A DNA stretch of 64,000 bases. Origin: Rubripirellula sp. (lineage in GTDB: Bacteria > Planctomycetota > Planctomycetia > Pirellulales > Pirellulaceae). Within the stretch, counting starts at the first letter, position 1, and every line of letters starts with the position of its first letter. The stretch spans positions 7,168,001 through 7,232,000 of the forward strand of contig OZ244207.1 of assembly GCA_965216875.1 (NCBI GenBank). The letters are read 5' to 3'. Under the pieces are notes generated by a model. The model had not been told where the DNA came from. It saw nothing but the letters and a program-made list of their open reading frames with translations, and made no database searches. This document shows positions 1 through 8,613 of this stretch, in pieces. A program made the translations under genes and the position numbers.

Positions 1-2739
1 CTCAGTACCAACCAACCGGGTTAAGCGCGCCGCGACTTCGTCCATTTTCAGTTTGGCCGGACCGTTGACGTGCAACTGAATATCGACATCGTTCCAGGCG
101 GCATGACCACTCAAACTCGTCGCCAACCAATCAGTTGCAATGTGAAATTCGTCAGCTGAGACGCGCGCTGAGTGAGTTGGACTCGGACGGACTTGAGGGG
201 CGGACTGATGCTCTGTTGGTTGACTAGCGTCAAAGATCAGGTCGCCATCCAGCCGCAGGTTGGGCTCGTACCAGACGACGCGAGACGCACCCGTTGATCC
301 GCCCCGCGAGGCTGGGATGGGACCAGTTGTCGATGCCGATGCGCTGGGCGGTTGGACCACAGCGATGTTCTTGCCGGTGGTCGATGTTTCGATCGTCAAG
401 CGGTTGCCATTGCCCTTGAAGATGAGGTCGCCTTCGCAATCGCCCATCACCAGCCAATCGTTGGTTTGAACTTCGGCGCCGGGATGATAGCCAACTTGCC
501 GTACACCGTTGTCGGGGCGACCAGCGACTTGTTTGCGAACGCTTCCCTGCAGCCGCTCAAGTTTTGCTTTCCAGTTGGCATGCAGGTCGATGTTGCGACG
601 ATTCCAAGTTCCGCTTGCGGCCAGCGAGAAGGCTTCGCTGGCGACCGTCAGCGACCGTGAGGTCAGGTCAAGGTTGGGTAAGTCGAATTGGCCGTCAAAG
701 AAGACCTTCACTTCGGGTTGGCTGTAGTGCCGTCCGTCGTACGCAACTCTTGGTGAGGTGAGATGAAGGGTGGCCGACTCGATTCGGGCCGACGCTGATG
801 GAGCGGTTTGTGCTGTCGGTTTTGACGGCGATGCCCATAGCCCGCGCGCGTTGAGCTTGAATCCGCCTTCGGCGTCTTGAAGTTGGTTGGGAACCCAGGG
901 GGCAAATGTCTGGGCAAGGACCTCGATTCGTCCTTCACCGGCGACTTGCAGCGGCATTGCCGCGCCTGAGGTTGGGTCTTTGACTGGCGAGGTCAGATCC
1001 GCTCGGATGTCCAGCCCGGTGCTCATCAGGTGAACGTTCGCCTCGCTCAACTCATCGAGTGTCCGACCACCCCAACGGCCCACGGCTTCGATCGATCCAC
1101 GAAGCGATGGCTGCTGAAGCGATTGTCCCGAGGGCATCGTGATCAACAAGTTGGATGCCTTGCCGCTGCCGGAAAGTTTCCAAAGCCCGCCGTTGGATGC
1201 ATTCCAACGAACGTTGCCCGTTGCCGTCCCAGCGAGACTGGAGTCGGAGACTTCGATGATCGGCCGAAGCATATTGGAGAGGCGACCAAAGTCGATATCA
1301 AAGGTTGCCGCTCCGCTGCGCAAGTCACCGTGACCCGATGCATTCGCAAAGGTACTCGTGCATTCAAATTGCTCGGCAACGACTTGGCCATCGAGCGTCG
1401 AAACAATGGCGTTGATTTCGATCGGGTCGATCACGACGTTGCGGCCATGGCTGCGTGCCCGTAATTCGTCGCTGTGAAGGATGAGTTGGTTTCGTTTACC
1501 TGTGCCGTTTGTGGGCAGAGATTGGACCTGGGCGGTGGCGCGTCCCGAAATCAGTTCGGCTCCATGGCGAAGCGGAATCAGGCCGGGCATGGCTTGGTCC
1601 ATCGCCGCAAGGTCGATCTCGGCCGAGGCGTTGCCGGTGACGGTGTCGAGCCAATGAATTGGGTTGGTTGAGGAACTCGTCAACGACACCGAACGGGCCA
1701 TCGACCCGTCAAGCGTGCCCGAAGCAAAGTCGGTCTTGGCTTGCAGCCGACGTCCAACAATGCGGTCACCGAGCAATGCCAGGTCGCCATCAATAATGGC
1801 AAGCTGGTTCGACCACACTCGCCCCGTGGCGTCGATTGCCGAAAAGGCTCGAACCTGAAAACCGCTCAGCGACGCTTCGACTGAGCCATCGACGCCACCA
1901 ACCAGTTTGACCGATCCAGTTGCATCGCCACGAATGGCCGTTGGCATCGTCGACTGGCCTTCCGGTTGCGACGCAGCCAGTCGGCGGGTCATCAGCGAAA
2001 AGACCGAAAGGGGCAATGACTCGCATTGCAAGTCGACATGCCATGGTGAAGCTTCGTCAACGCCAAGTTCGATTTCACCTTGGATCGAACCACCACTTCC
2101 CGTGGGCTCGGTGACGACCCCAGCAAGGGTTGCTTGGATGGCATCGACGCTCATCATGACGTCGATATTGGATTGTGTCAGTTGCCATTGCTGGCCGGTC
2201 TCGGCTTCGGCGATGGTGATCGCGATCTCTTGCAGCTCAATCTTGCCTGTCGTCGTCGAATCGTCCGTGCTCGGTTGATCGAGCAATTTGGCGAGATCAC
2301 TTTCGAGGCTGCAGACGCCATCGCGCATGACGCAATGCACTTGAATGTCTCGGACGATTGCCGAGCCAAGCTGTGAGGTGGACTTGGACAAGAGGTCCGT
2401 GACGGTCAGATCCATGTCGAGCTGGCCGATGGAGACGTCGCTTTCCCCCGATTCGCCCTTGATGCGGAGCCCGGTGATACGAAGCGGTGTCAGCCAACCG
2501 ATGCGCACCGAGTCGACCGATGTGTCGAGTCCGTAGTCGCCCGCGGCTTGTGTCAGCAGTGATCGACCAATCGACGAGTGGCTGACCAAGCTCGGCGCAG
2601 CAAGGACCAGCATTGCCAAGATCATGGCGATGATGCAGACATAGACGCGTCGCCGTTTCAAACGGTCAAGTCGACGTCGCCGCGTTTTTTCTTGTTGCGA
2701 TCGTTCAACTTGTTCGCGCAGGAATTCGTCTGTTGGCAC
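1..2739 (-). CDS. Large AsmA/TamB-like membrane-anchored beta-rich periplasmic protein (C-terminus runs off the window)
   Basis: Absent from the ORF track because its stop lies outside the window. Hand translation of both ends in one frame: GTG at 2739 (AAGGA upstream) gives MPTDEFLREQ...RRRR-VYVCIIAMILAMLVLAAPSLVS (basic run plus TM anchor), then ...VDSVRIGWLTPLRITGL; the same frame reads ...ARLTRLVGTE at position 1. Internal codons were not all checked. AsmA-like call is inferred from architecture. Confidence 0.7.
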   Translation of the reverse strand, partial: MPTDEFLREQVERSQQEKTRRRRLDRLKRRRVYVCIIAMILAMLVLAAPSLVSHSSIGRSLLTQAAGDYGLDTSVDSVRIGWLTPLRITGLRIKGESGESDVSIGQLDMDLTVTDLLSKSTSQLGSAIVRDIQVHCVMRDGVCSLESDLAKLLDQPSTDDSTTTGKIELQEIAITIAEAETGQQWQLTQSNIDVMMSVDAIQATLAGVVTEPTGSGGSIQGEIELGVDEASPWHVDLQCESLPLSVFSLMTRRLAASQPEGQSTMPTAIRGDATGSVKLVGGVDGSVEASLSGFQVRAFSAIDATGRVWSNQLAIIDGDLALLGDRIVGRRLQAKTDFASGTLDGSMARSVSLTSSSTNPIHWLDTVTGNASAEIDLAAMDQAMPGLIPLRHGAELISGRATAQVQSLPTNGTGKRNQLILHSDELRARSHGRNVVIDPIEINAIVSTLDGQVVAEQFECTSTFANASGHGDLRSGAATFDIDFGRLSNMLRPIIEVSDSSLAGTATGNVRWNASNGGLWKLSGSGKASNLLITMPSGQSLQQPSLRGSIEAVGRWGGRTLDELSEANVHLMSTGLDIRADLTSPVKDPTSGAAMPLQVAGEGRIEVLAQTFAPWVPNQLQDAEGGFKLNARGLWASPSKPTAQTAPSASARIESATLHLTSPRVAYDGRHYSQPEVKVFFDGQFDLPNLDLTSRSLTVASEAFSLAASGTWNRRNIDLHANWKAKLERLQGSVRKQVAGRPDNGVRQVGYHPGAEVQTNDWLVMGDCEGDLIFKGNGNRLTIETSTTGKNIAVVQPPSASASTTGPIPASRGGSTGASRVVWYEPNLRLDGDLIFDASQPTEHQSAPQVRPSPTHSARVSADEFHIATDWLATSLSGHAAWNDVDIQLHVNGPAKLKMDEVAARLTRLVGTE

Positions 2740-3225
2740 GGTCCCATCCTTGTCGCCGTGTGATGTTTGCCTGAATCGACTTTGATGATCGCCAACGACG
2801 TCTTTCCGGACGCCGGTTTGGCTTCAGCCGAGCGAGTCCCGTGAGTCTAGCGGGCAACCGCAGGGCGGAGCGAGGTTGATTTTGGGGTTCTCCACCCGGT
2901 TGGGGCCCGGATTGGTAAGAATCTGAGAGTTTTTAATGGCGTTGGATCTTCCCTTGTGCGGCGATTTGGCATCCTGCGAGCCACGTTTTTGGGAAAATCT
3001 CCGTTCTGAACTGGTCGTTCCGGCACCGCACCTCCAAAAGGGCGGCGATTGACAACCCGAGTGCCCGCCGACAAATCTGTTGCCCCGCTGAGAGATCGGT
3101 GGTTCCCCTCTGAGGGATCGACGGGTTCGGGAACAGGCACTTTTGGACAGCTTCCAAGGTCTGTTTTCTGGGCAGCGTTCGTCGATGAATCCCCCAGGTT
3201 TTTGACTCAGTAACGAGTGAAGTGC

Positions 3226-3912
3226 ATGTCGAGGAATCGACTCGACTCAATCCGTGCCGCGGCGCCCGCCGTCCTGCCGAGTTTGCTGCTATGCGACTTC
3301 GGCGACCTGCGAAGCGAAATCGCTCGCCTGGAAGAAGCGGGGACGCACGTGTTGCATCTTGATGTGATGGACGGCCACTTTGTTCCGAACATGACCTATG
3401 GCATGCCCATCGTCGAAGGTCTGCGCCGCCATACCGAGATGCCCCTCGATGTGCATCTGATGATCAGCGACCCGATCACGTATGCCAAACCGATGGTCGA
3501 CGCCGGTGCAGATCTGCTGACCTTTCATGCTGAAGCGGTCGAAGATGTTGCGGCAACGGCACAGCAAATCCGGGATTTGGATGTCGGGGTTGGGATTGCT
3601 TTGAACCCAGGAACGCCGCTTGAAGCGATTGCATCCTGTGTTGAGATGGTCGACATGGTGCTGGTGATGAGTGTCGAGGCTGGTTTTGGCGGCCAGTCGT
3701 TCAATCCAGAGGTGCTTGAGAAGTTGCGGACGTTGCGTGAGCAGCGCCCTGACCTGTTGCTGCAGATCGATGGCGGCATCGATGCCAGCACGATCGGGCC
3801 AGCGCGTGAAGCGGGCTGTGACCTGTTCGTCGTTGGTTCGGCGATCTTCAAGAAAGAAGACTACAAGGTTGCGATCGACGATTTGAACTCAGCGATGGGG
3901 GCGTCGGCATGA
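3226..3912 (+). CDS. rpe: Ribulose-phosphate 3-epimerase
   Basis: Motifs HLDVMDGHFVPN, DVHLM, VMSVEAGFGGQ, IDGGI, VVGSAIF. Confidence 0.97.
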   Translation: MSRNRLDSIRAAAPAVLPSLLLCDFGDLRSEIARLEEAGTHVLHLDVMDGHFVPNMTYGMPIVEGLRRHTEMPLDVHLMISDPITYAKPMVDAGADLLTFHAEAVEDVAATAQQIRDLDVGVGIALNPGTPLEAIASCVEMVDMVLVMSVEAGFGGQSFNPEVLEKLRTLREQRPDLLLQIDGGIDASTIGPAREAGCDLFVVGSAIFKKEDYKVAIDDLNSAMGASA

Positions 3913-4493
3913 TCTTGAAGACCAAGACCGCCTCCCGCGTTTTGTTGGTTCGTCCCGGCGCGACCGAGTTTGATGACCAAGGGCGAATCAAGGGTTCGCT
4001 TGACATGCCGATGAGCGACCGTGGTCGCCAGCAGGTCGATTCGCTCGCCGAAGAGTTGTCGGACGTGCGGGTCAAAACGATCTACATTGGACCTTGTGAA
4101 TCAGCCCGCGAGACGGCAGACCGCCTGGCCAAGGGGCGTGACGTCCGCGTGAAAGTGGTCGAGGCGTTTCGCAACATCGACCACGGTTTGTGGCATGGCA
4201 AGCTGATCGACGAATTGCGCCGCAACCATCCACGCCTTTACCGACAAGGGCAAGAAAGCCCCGATGAGGTTTGCCCGCCAGGTGGTGAATCGATCCTGGA
4301 AGTCAAAGCCCGAGTGCTCAAAGCGGTTCGCAAGATTGCTCGAAAGAGCGGCGAGGAGCTTGTGGCGATCATTGTCCCTGATCCGATGGCCGCCGTCGTC
4401 GAGAGTCTGATATCGGGTGACGAGATCCCAGAGCTTTGGGATGTGGAAACGGACAACGGCCGCTGGCAGATCGTCGAATCGGTCATCCGCTAG
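3909..4493 (+). CDS. Histidine phosphatase (phosphoglycerate mutase-like) family protein with degenerate RPG in place of RHG
   Basis: LLVRPGATEFD...GSLDMPMSDRGRQQ...DHGLWHGK...PPGGES; 4-nt overlap with rpe. Confidence 0.85.
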   Translation: MILKTKTASRVLLVRPGATEFDDQGRIKGSLDMPMSDRGRQQVDSLAEELSDVRVKTIYIGPCESARETADRLAKGRDVRVKVVEAFRNIDHGLWHGKLIDELRRNHPRLYRQGQESPDEVCPPGGESILEVKARVLKAVRKIARKSGEELVAIIVPDPMAAVVESLISGDEIPELWDVETDNGRWQIVESVIR

Positions 4494-4504
4494 CAATGCG
4501 GTGC

Positions 4505-4555
4505 TGGCTATCGCCAGAAGGTGATGGTTTCGTAGCTACCTTCGCCAGAAGGTGG
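4505..4555. repeat. REP-like family A (GTAGCTACSYTCGCCAGARSGTGG), one full and one degenerate copy
   Basis: gtagctaccttcgccagaaggtgg at 4532-4555; family recurs about 13 times in the window. Confidence 0.85.
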
Positions 4556-5039
4556 AGTTCTCGTTTTTAGCCTGACCTTGGGCGCCGCCCGACGCCGAGA
4601 GGCCCGCAGCTTCCGGATACGGCTCGATACAAACGGGCGATGCAGGAGCCAAGAGTCGACTGCGCCTATGGAAAAAACGCGTGCGACCGGTTCCTGAGAA
4701 CCGATCGCCCCGCGACTGCTCGCCAAACGGCAAAAGTCGATTTCATCGCGACAATCGTGAATATCGGCGCCTTTACCCCAATCGGGGAGGTCGGGTTGCC
4801 GCGTTACGGATGCGGCCCCATTGCAGGGCGAATAGAATATCGGATTGAGTACATCAGTCCTGAAGCCCCGTTTTCTCTACAGATGCACGAGATTTTCCGC
4901 TCGACGGCGTCGGTTGAAGTGAGCTAAGAATCAGGCTGGGTCCAGCTTGAGTGCCGCCCGTTGCGACCGCAGAGCGATTGTGATCAGTCTTGCCGATCGT
5001 TCGGCGTCGACGCTTATACCACCGAGGATTCCCTCAATC

Positions 5040-6680
5040 ATGTCTCGACTATTTGTTTGTTTGTTCTGTTCTCTGTTCACTCTGGCGACAACTAGTGCTG
5101 AACCGAACATGCCTTCGCAAGTGACTTTGATTAATGAGTCGATCGAGCAAGGTTGGCGCGACTTCGAGATCCGTCCTGCGAAAGAGGTCGGCGACGCGGC
5201 TTGGTGCCGACGCACCTACTTGGATGTGATCGGTCGCATTCCAAGCCTCGAAGAATTGCAGGCGTTTGTCAGTGAACGCGGCGTGGACAAAAAGGCCAAG
5301 CTGGTCGACATGCTTTTGCACGACGACAAGTACACCGAGGAATACGCCAACCATTGGGCGACCGTTTGGACCAACATCTTGATCGGTCAAAGCGGAGGGA
5401 ACGATCGTCGCTCGATGACCAGCCGCAGTGGCTTGCAAAAGTACTTGCGAGACTCATTTGCGCGGAACAAGCCGTACAACAAGATGGTCTATGAGTTGGT
5501 GACCGCCGAAGGGGCGACCAAGCCAGGTGCCGAGAATTTCAACGGCGCTGTCAACTTCCTGGTCGACAAGGTGAACGAGGAAAAGGGAGTGCTGGCAACA
5601 AGCAGCACGTCGCGAATCTTCCTCGGTCAACAAGTGCAGTGCACTCAGTGTCACAACCACCCGTTCAATCAATGGAAGCAACAGAAGTTTTGGGAGTTCA
5701 ATTCGTTCTTCCGGCAAACGCGCGCCCTTCGCCGGTTTGTGGATGGAACACGAGACATCGATCACGCCGAGTTGGTTTCCGAAGACTTTGCTGGTGAAGG
5801 TGGTGACCCGAACGAAGCAATCGTGTTTTACGAATTGCGAAATGGTTTGGTCCGCACTGCCCTGCCCGTCTTCACCGACGGCACGGAGGTCGGCTCAAGT
5901 GGTTACGTCGAAGACATCAATCGCCGTCAAGAGCTCGGCCGCTTGATGATGGAAAGCGAGTACCTTGACCAAATGATCGTCAACCGAATGTGGTCATTGT
6001 TCTTGGGGCATGGCTTCACCAAGCCGATCGATGACCTTGGACCGCACAATCCTCAATCGCACAAACAGTTGCTCGAAGACCTTTCCAAAGAGTTTCGCAA
6101 GAGCAGCTATGACCTCAAGCAACTGATCACTTGGATCACCCTCAGTCGACCTTATTCGTTGGATGCCACTTTGGGTGCAAGCAACGAGATCGATGACCCA
6201 TCGATGGGCGAGATGCCAAAGTTCTCGCGATTCTATTTGCGTCAGATGACTGCCGAGCAGCTTTACCAATCGATGGTCACCGCGACCGACGCAAAGGGCT
6301 CGGGAAGCTATGAAGAACAAGAGGCCCAGCGTCGTCGATGGTTGTCCCAGTTTGTAACGGCCTTTGGAACGGACGAAGGCGACGAGTCGACCACGTTCAA
6401 CGGATCAATCCCACAGGCGTTGATGATGTTCAACGGTGAGCTGACCAAGAAAGCAACAAGCGACAAGGATGGCGGTTTCATCGACCGCATCGCCAGCAGC
6501 GGTGCTCGTGATGGTGGCGTCGCGAATTTGTTTATGACCGGGTTGGCACGTCGGCCGACCAAGAAAGAACTCTCCGTCGCCCGCTCGCTGATGCAGGCTC
6601 GTGATGGCGATCAGAAAGAAATGCTCAAGGACCTTTGGTGGGCGATTTTGAACAGTAACGAGTTCATCATGCAGCACTAG
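5040..6680 (+). CDS. DUF1549/DUF1553 (PSCyt2/PSD1) planctomycete CxxCH cytochrome-like secreted protein
   Basis: Signal peptide MSRLFVCLFCSLFTLATTSA; RRTYLDVIGRIP; QCTQCHNHP; VNRMWSLFLGHG; RQMTAEQL; PQALMMFNG; DLWWAILNSNEF. Confidence 0.9.
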   Translation: MSRLFVCLFCSLFTLATTSAEPNMPSQVTLINESIEQGWRDFEIRPAKEVGDAAWCRRTYLDVIGRIPSLEELQAFVSERGVDKKAKLVDMLLHDDKYTEEYANHWATVWTNILIGQSGGNDRRSMTSRSGLQKYLRDSFARNKPYNKMVYELVTAEGATKPGAENFNGAVNFLVDKVNEEKGVLATSSTSRIFLGQQVQCTQCHNHPFNQWKQQKFWEFNSFFRQTRALRRFVDGTRDIDHAELVSEDFAGEGGDPNEAIVFYELRNGLVRTALPVFTDGTEVGSSGYVEDINRRQELGRLMMESEYLDQMIVNRMWSLFLGHGFTKPIDDLGPHNPQSHKQLLEDLSKEFRKSSYDLKQLITWITLSRPYSLDATLGASNEIDDPSMGEMPKFSRFYLRQMTAEQLYQSMVTATDAKGSGSYEEQEAQRRRWLSQFVTAFGTDEGDESTTFNGSIPQALMMFNGELTKKATSDKDGGFIDRIASSGARDGGVANLFMTGLARRPTKKELSVARSLMQARDGDQKEMLKDLWWAILNSNEFIMQH

Positions 6681-6748
6681 GCGTTCTTAAACTGACAACC
6701 GAAAATAGACCGGATCACTTATCCAACAAATAAAACAAGGCTTCTCAG

Positions 6749-8020
6749 ATGACTCACTGGCAAACTCCGAAAGGCATGACCCGGCGGCACTTCATGAACC
6801 ACCTTGCTGGTTCAACGGCTGCCGTCAGTGCTGCGATGACCCTTGGGAATTCGATCACGGCACACGCGGACGAGATGCGAAAAAATCGCAAGTCAGCCAT
6901 CCTGCTTTGGATGGGCGGCGGGCCTGCCACGATCGATATCTGGGACCTCAAACCAGGTGCTCCGACCGGTGGACCGTTCCGGCCGATTTCGACCTCGGGC
7001 GACATGCAGATTTGCGAGCACATGCCGATGGTGGCTCAGCAGATGCACAACCTGTCGATCGTGCGAAGCATGTCGACGCGAGAAGCCGACCACGCTCGCG
7101 GTCGCTACTACATGCACACCGGCTATGTTCCTAACCCGAACATCGAACACCCAAGCTACGGCTCGGTCATCGCTCATGAAGTCATGGACCAACGTCCCGG
7201 GCTTGAGATCCCGCCGTTTGTTTCGGTGGGCGGTGGCAGTGCCGGACCTGGTTTCCTTGGCATGGCTTGGGCACCATTTTCGGTAACCAGCAACGGTCGT
7301 ATTCGCAACCTCGAGATGAACCTCGAGAACAGTCGCCTGCTGCAACGCATGTACGCACTGAACACGATTGAGACTGGTTTTGCAAATCGTACGCGCGACC
7401 TTCCTGCGGCAGAGCACGCGAAGGTGCTCAAGAAGACGTTCGACCTGATGACCAGCGAACAGATGGAAGCGTTCCGTGTCGAGAAAGAACCTGAGGAAGT
7501 GAAGGAACGCTACGGCACGGACAACTTCGGCCAAGGTTGCTTGCTCGCGCGACGCTTGGTCGAAGCGGGTGTCCCGTTCGTCGAGGTCGATCTTGGCGGT
7601 TGGGACAACCACAACGGCATTCACCCGCTGTTGAAAGACAACAAGTTGCCACAGCTTGACCGTGCGATGAGCGCGTTGGTCGAGGACTTGGAGCAGCGCG
7701 AATTGCTGCAGGATACTGTGGTGATTTGGATGGGTGAATTTGGACGTACACCGCGCATCAATGCAAACGCTGGTCGCGACCACTTTGCTCGCGCCTGGTC
7801 CTGTGTTGTGGGCGGGGGTGACCTCAAGGGTGGCGTTGCGGTTGGTGAAACCAGCAGCGATGGCCAAGCAGTCGAGACAGAACCCTTCAGCAGTGAAGAT
7901 CTGATGACAACCGTATGCAAGGGATTGGGTATTCCGACCGAAAAGACATTCACCAGTAAGAATGGCCGACCAATGAAGATTGCAGGCGGCGGAAAAATCA
8001 TTAGCGAATTGGTGGCTTGA
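6749..8020 (+). CDS. DUF1501 family protein with Tat signal
   Basis: TRRHF twin-arginine signal; LWMGGGP..DIWDLKP; ARRLVEAGV; WDNH; GEFGRTP; GRDH. Confidence 0.93.
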   Translation: MTHWQTPKGMTRRHFMNHLAGSTAAVSAAMTLGNSITAHADEMRKNRKSAILLWMGGGPATIDIWDLKPGAPTGGPFRPISTSGDMQICEHMPMVAQQMHNLSIVRSMSTREADHARGRYYMHTGYVPNPNIEHPSYGSVIAHEVMDQRPGLEIPPFVSVGGGSAGPGFLGMAWAPFSVTSNGRIRNLEMNLENSRLLQRMYALNTIETGFANRTRDLPAAEHAKVLKKTFDLMTSEQMEAFRVEKEPEEVKERYGTDNFGQGCLLARRLVEAGVPFVEVDLGGWDNHNGIHPLLKDNKLPQLDRAMSALVEDLEQRELLQDTVVIWMGEFGRTPRINANAGRDHFARAWSCVVGGGDLKGGVAVGETSSDGQAVETEPFSSEDLMTTVCKGLGIPTEKTFTSKNGRPMKIAGGGKIISELVA

Positions 8021-8613
8021 TCCACGTGGCTTCGCCGCAGGGATCAACGAGTCAATCTATCGAACCAACGGACGATTCGGAACTTTCGCCTGATCAGGAG
8101 AAGGCCGAATTGGGGCCGGCGGAGTTGATCGCGCGTCACCAAAACGGGGTTTGGAGATACCTGCGGATGCTTGGCTGCGATGCGGCAACCGCTGACGATT
8201 TGACGCAGGAGACGTTTTTACGAGTTCTGAGTCGAGAAAGTTTCATTCAACATAATGACGCTGCCACTTCGGGTTACTTGCGTCGCACGGCCTACAACCT
8301 GTTGGTCTCGCGGCACCGCAAGTTGGCGCGAGTGCAGACCGTCGCGGAGCCGGCCGTGTTGGATGTGATTTGGGAGCGCTGGGCCGGAAAGGATTTGTCA
8401 GGAGACCTTGCGATCGATGCGTTGAAGTCCTGTCTTCAAACGTTGACCGATCGCGCACAACAAGCATTACGAATGAGATTTGCCGAGAACGCCAGCCGAG
8501 TTGAAATCGGCGAATCACTCGGCATTTCCGATCACGGGGCTCGCAACTTAATGCAGCGTGCAAAGCAGCAACTGCGAATGTGCGTTGAAGAAAAATTGCG
8601 TCAAGCAAAATGA
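8017..8613 (+). CDS. ECF-type RNA polymerase sigma-70 factor
   Basis: Region 2 (VWRYL...ADDLTQETFLR) and region 4 (EIGESLGISDHGARNLMQRAK); 4-nt overlaps on both sides. Confidence 0.9.
   Translation: MIHVASPQGSTSQSIEPTDDSELSPDQEKAELGPAELIARHQNGVWRYLRMLGCDAATADDLTQETFLRVLSRESFIQHNDAATSGYLRRTAYNLLVSRHRKLARVQTVAEPAVLDVIWERWAGKDLSGDLAIDALKSCLQTLTDRAQQALRMRFAENASRVEIGESLGISDHGARNLMQRAKQQLRMCVEEKLRQAK

Noticed and set aside
230..2763. Many short ORFs in the track
   Set aside because: All are explained as shadows of the long minus-strand CDS 1-2739.
6893..8047. 384-aa antisense ORF
   Set aside because: Shadow of the DUF1501 gene with no recognisable motifs.
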